Origin: Burkholderiaceae bacterium
GTDB lineage: Bacteria; Pseudomonadota; Gammaproteobacteria; Burkholderiales; Burkholderiaceae_C
Length of the DNA: 64,000 nt
Assembly (NCBI GenBank): GCA_039808065.1
Contig: JBDHSJ010000001.1
Span: 417-64,416, forward strand
Direction: 5' to 3'
The position numbers and the translations under genes are program-made. Under the pieces are notes generated by a model that was not told the origin of the DNA, did no database searches, and saw only the letters and a program-made list of their open reading frames with translations. Position 1 is the stretch's first letter; every line of letters starts with the position of its first letter. Positions 63,120-64,000 of the stretch are shown here, one piece after another.

Positions 63120-64000
63120 TCAGCTCGGCGCGCCTGCCTGCTGCAGCAGCCACTGCTCGAAGGCGCGCACCGCCGGGCGCTGGCGCGCGGCCGGGTCCAT
63201 CACCAGCTGATACGCGCGGGCCGAGGCGATCGGCCCCTCGAACGGCGTGACCAGCTGGCCGCTCGCCAGCAGCCCATCCACCAGCGGGCGCCGGCCCAGC
63301 GCCACGCCCTGGCCGGCCACGGCGGCGGCCACCGCCTCGGCGTAGCTGGTGAAGCTCAGGCGCGCAGCCGGGCGCAGATCGGCCAGGCCCAGGGCGCCCA
63401 GCCAGGCCTCCCACTCCACCGGCATGCCGGCGGCGTCGCCATCCAGGGCGATGTGCAGCAGGGTGTGGTGGGTCAGGTCGGCCGGCTCGCGCAGCGGCAG
63501 GTCCAGCTCGCTGACCAGGCGCGGGCTGCACACGGGTTGCATGGCCTCGGCGAACAGCAGGCGCGCGCCAGCCCCGGCCGCGCCCAAGCGGGCGTAGCGC
63601 ACCGCCAGGTCAAAGCCGTCTGCGGCCAGATTGCGGTTCTCCAGCGTGGCGTCGATGCGCACGTCAATGCCCGGATGGGCACGCGTGAAGGCGGTCAGGC
63701 GCGGGATCAGCCAGAGCGCAGCAAAGCCCGGCGTCGTCGTCAAGGCCAGCAGCTCGCGCCGGTGCGGGGCGCGGATCTCGCGCAGCGCGCCGCGCAGCTG
63801 GCCCAGTGCGTCGCCGCAGGCGGCGAACAGGCGCTGGCCGTCGGCCGTCAGCACCAGGGCGCGGTGCTTGCGCACGAACAGGGGCAGGCCCAGTTCCTCT
63901 TCCAGCGCGCGCATCTGCCGGCTGATGGCCGATTGCGTCACAAAACGCTCGGCCGCAGCCTTGGTGAAGCTCAGGTGCCGGGCCGCGGCCTCGAAGGAGA
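63120..64000 (-). CDS. LysR-family regulator, GcvA-like (start lies beyond the window end)
   Basis: FEAAARHLSFTKAA..FVTQSAISRQ HTH, WLIPRL, DLAVRY, GQGVALG. Confidence 0.9.
   Translation of the reverse strand, partial: SFEAAARHLSFTKAAAERFVTQSAISRQMRALEEELGLPLFVRKHRALVLTADGQRLFAACGDALGQLRGALREIRAPHRRELLALTTTPGFAALWLIPRLTAFTRAHPGIDVRIDATLENRNLAADGFDLAVRYARLGAAGAGARLLFAEAMQPVCSPRLVSELDLPLREPADLTHHTLLHIALDGDAAGMPVEWEAWLGALGLADLRPAARLSFTSYAEAVAAAVAGQGVALGRRPLVDGLLASGQLVTPFEGPIASARAYQLVMDPAARQRPAVRAFEQWLLQQAGAPS

Overview
High-GC betaproteobacterial chromosome segment, probably Burkholderiales (the lineage is inferred from gene content and order). It has five blocks. (1) 1-30192: the distal part of an exosortase A (XrtA)/PEP-CTERM-associated exopolysaccharide locus. 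It holds glycosyltransferases, two nucleotide-sugar dehydrogenases, two AsnB-like enzymes, a CapK-like ligase, an O-antigen-ligase-like protein, a deacetylase, a Wzx flippase and a TagF-like glycerophosphotransferase, plus an ACP / AMP-ligase / PLP-decarboxylase / paired alpha-beta-hydrolase / GNAT-ATP-grasp tailoring module. (2) 30189-35878: a MASE1-CHASE-PAS hybrid kinase and a REC-GGDEF-EAL regulator. (3) 36013-47805: a nucleoside ABC uptake and catabolism operon (BMP-ABC, cdd, PNP, deoC, deoA) running into trmB, an HDAC-family amidohydrolase, coaBC and dut. (4) 47802-54426: core genes (SlyD-like PPIase, JmjC/RoxA-like cupin, a small Ala/Pro lipoprotein with a structured leader, bamC, dapA, methyltransferase, MFS with a 39-aa partner). 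(5) 54480-64000: parE and parC split by three extra genes, then DUF427 and a partial LysR gene. I saw no rRNA, tRNA, CRISPR array, integrase or IS element. The best candidates for undescribed biology are a butirosin-AHBA-like ACP-tethered amino-acyl tailoring pathway for the surface glycan, a CHASE kinase/c-di-GMP phosphodiesterase pair between the nucleoside operon and the EPS locus, and a structured leader RNA plus micro-lipoprotein unit. All family calls come from motifs read by eye; no database searches were run.
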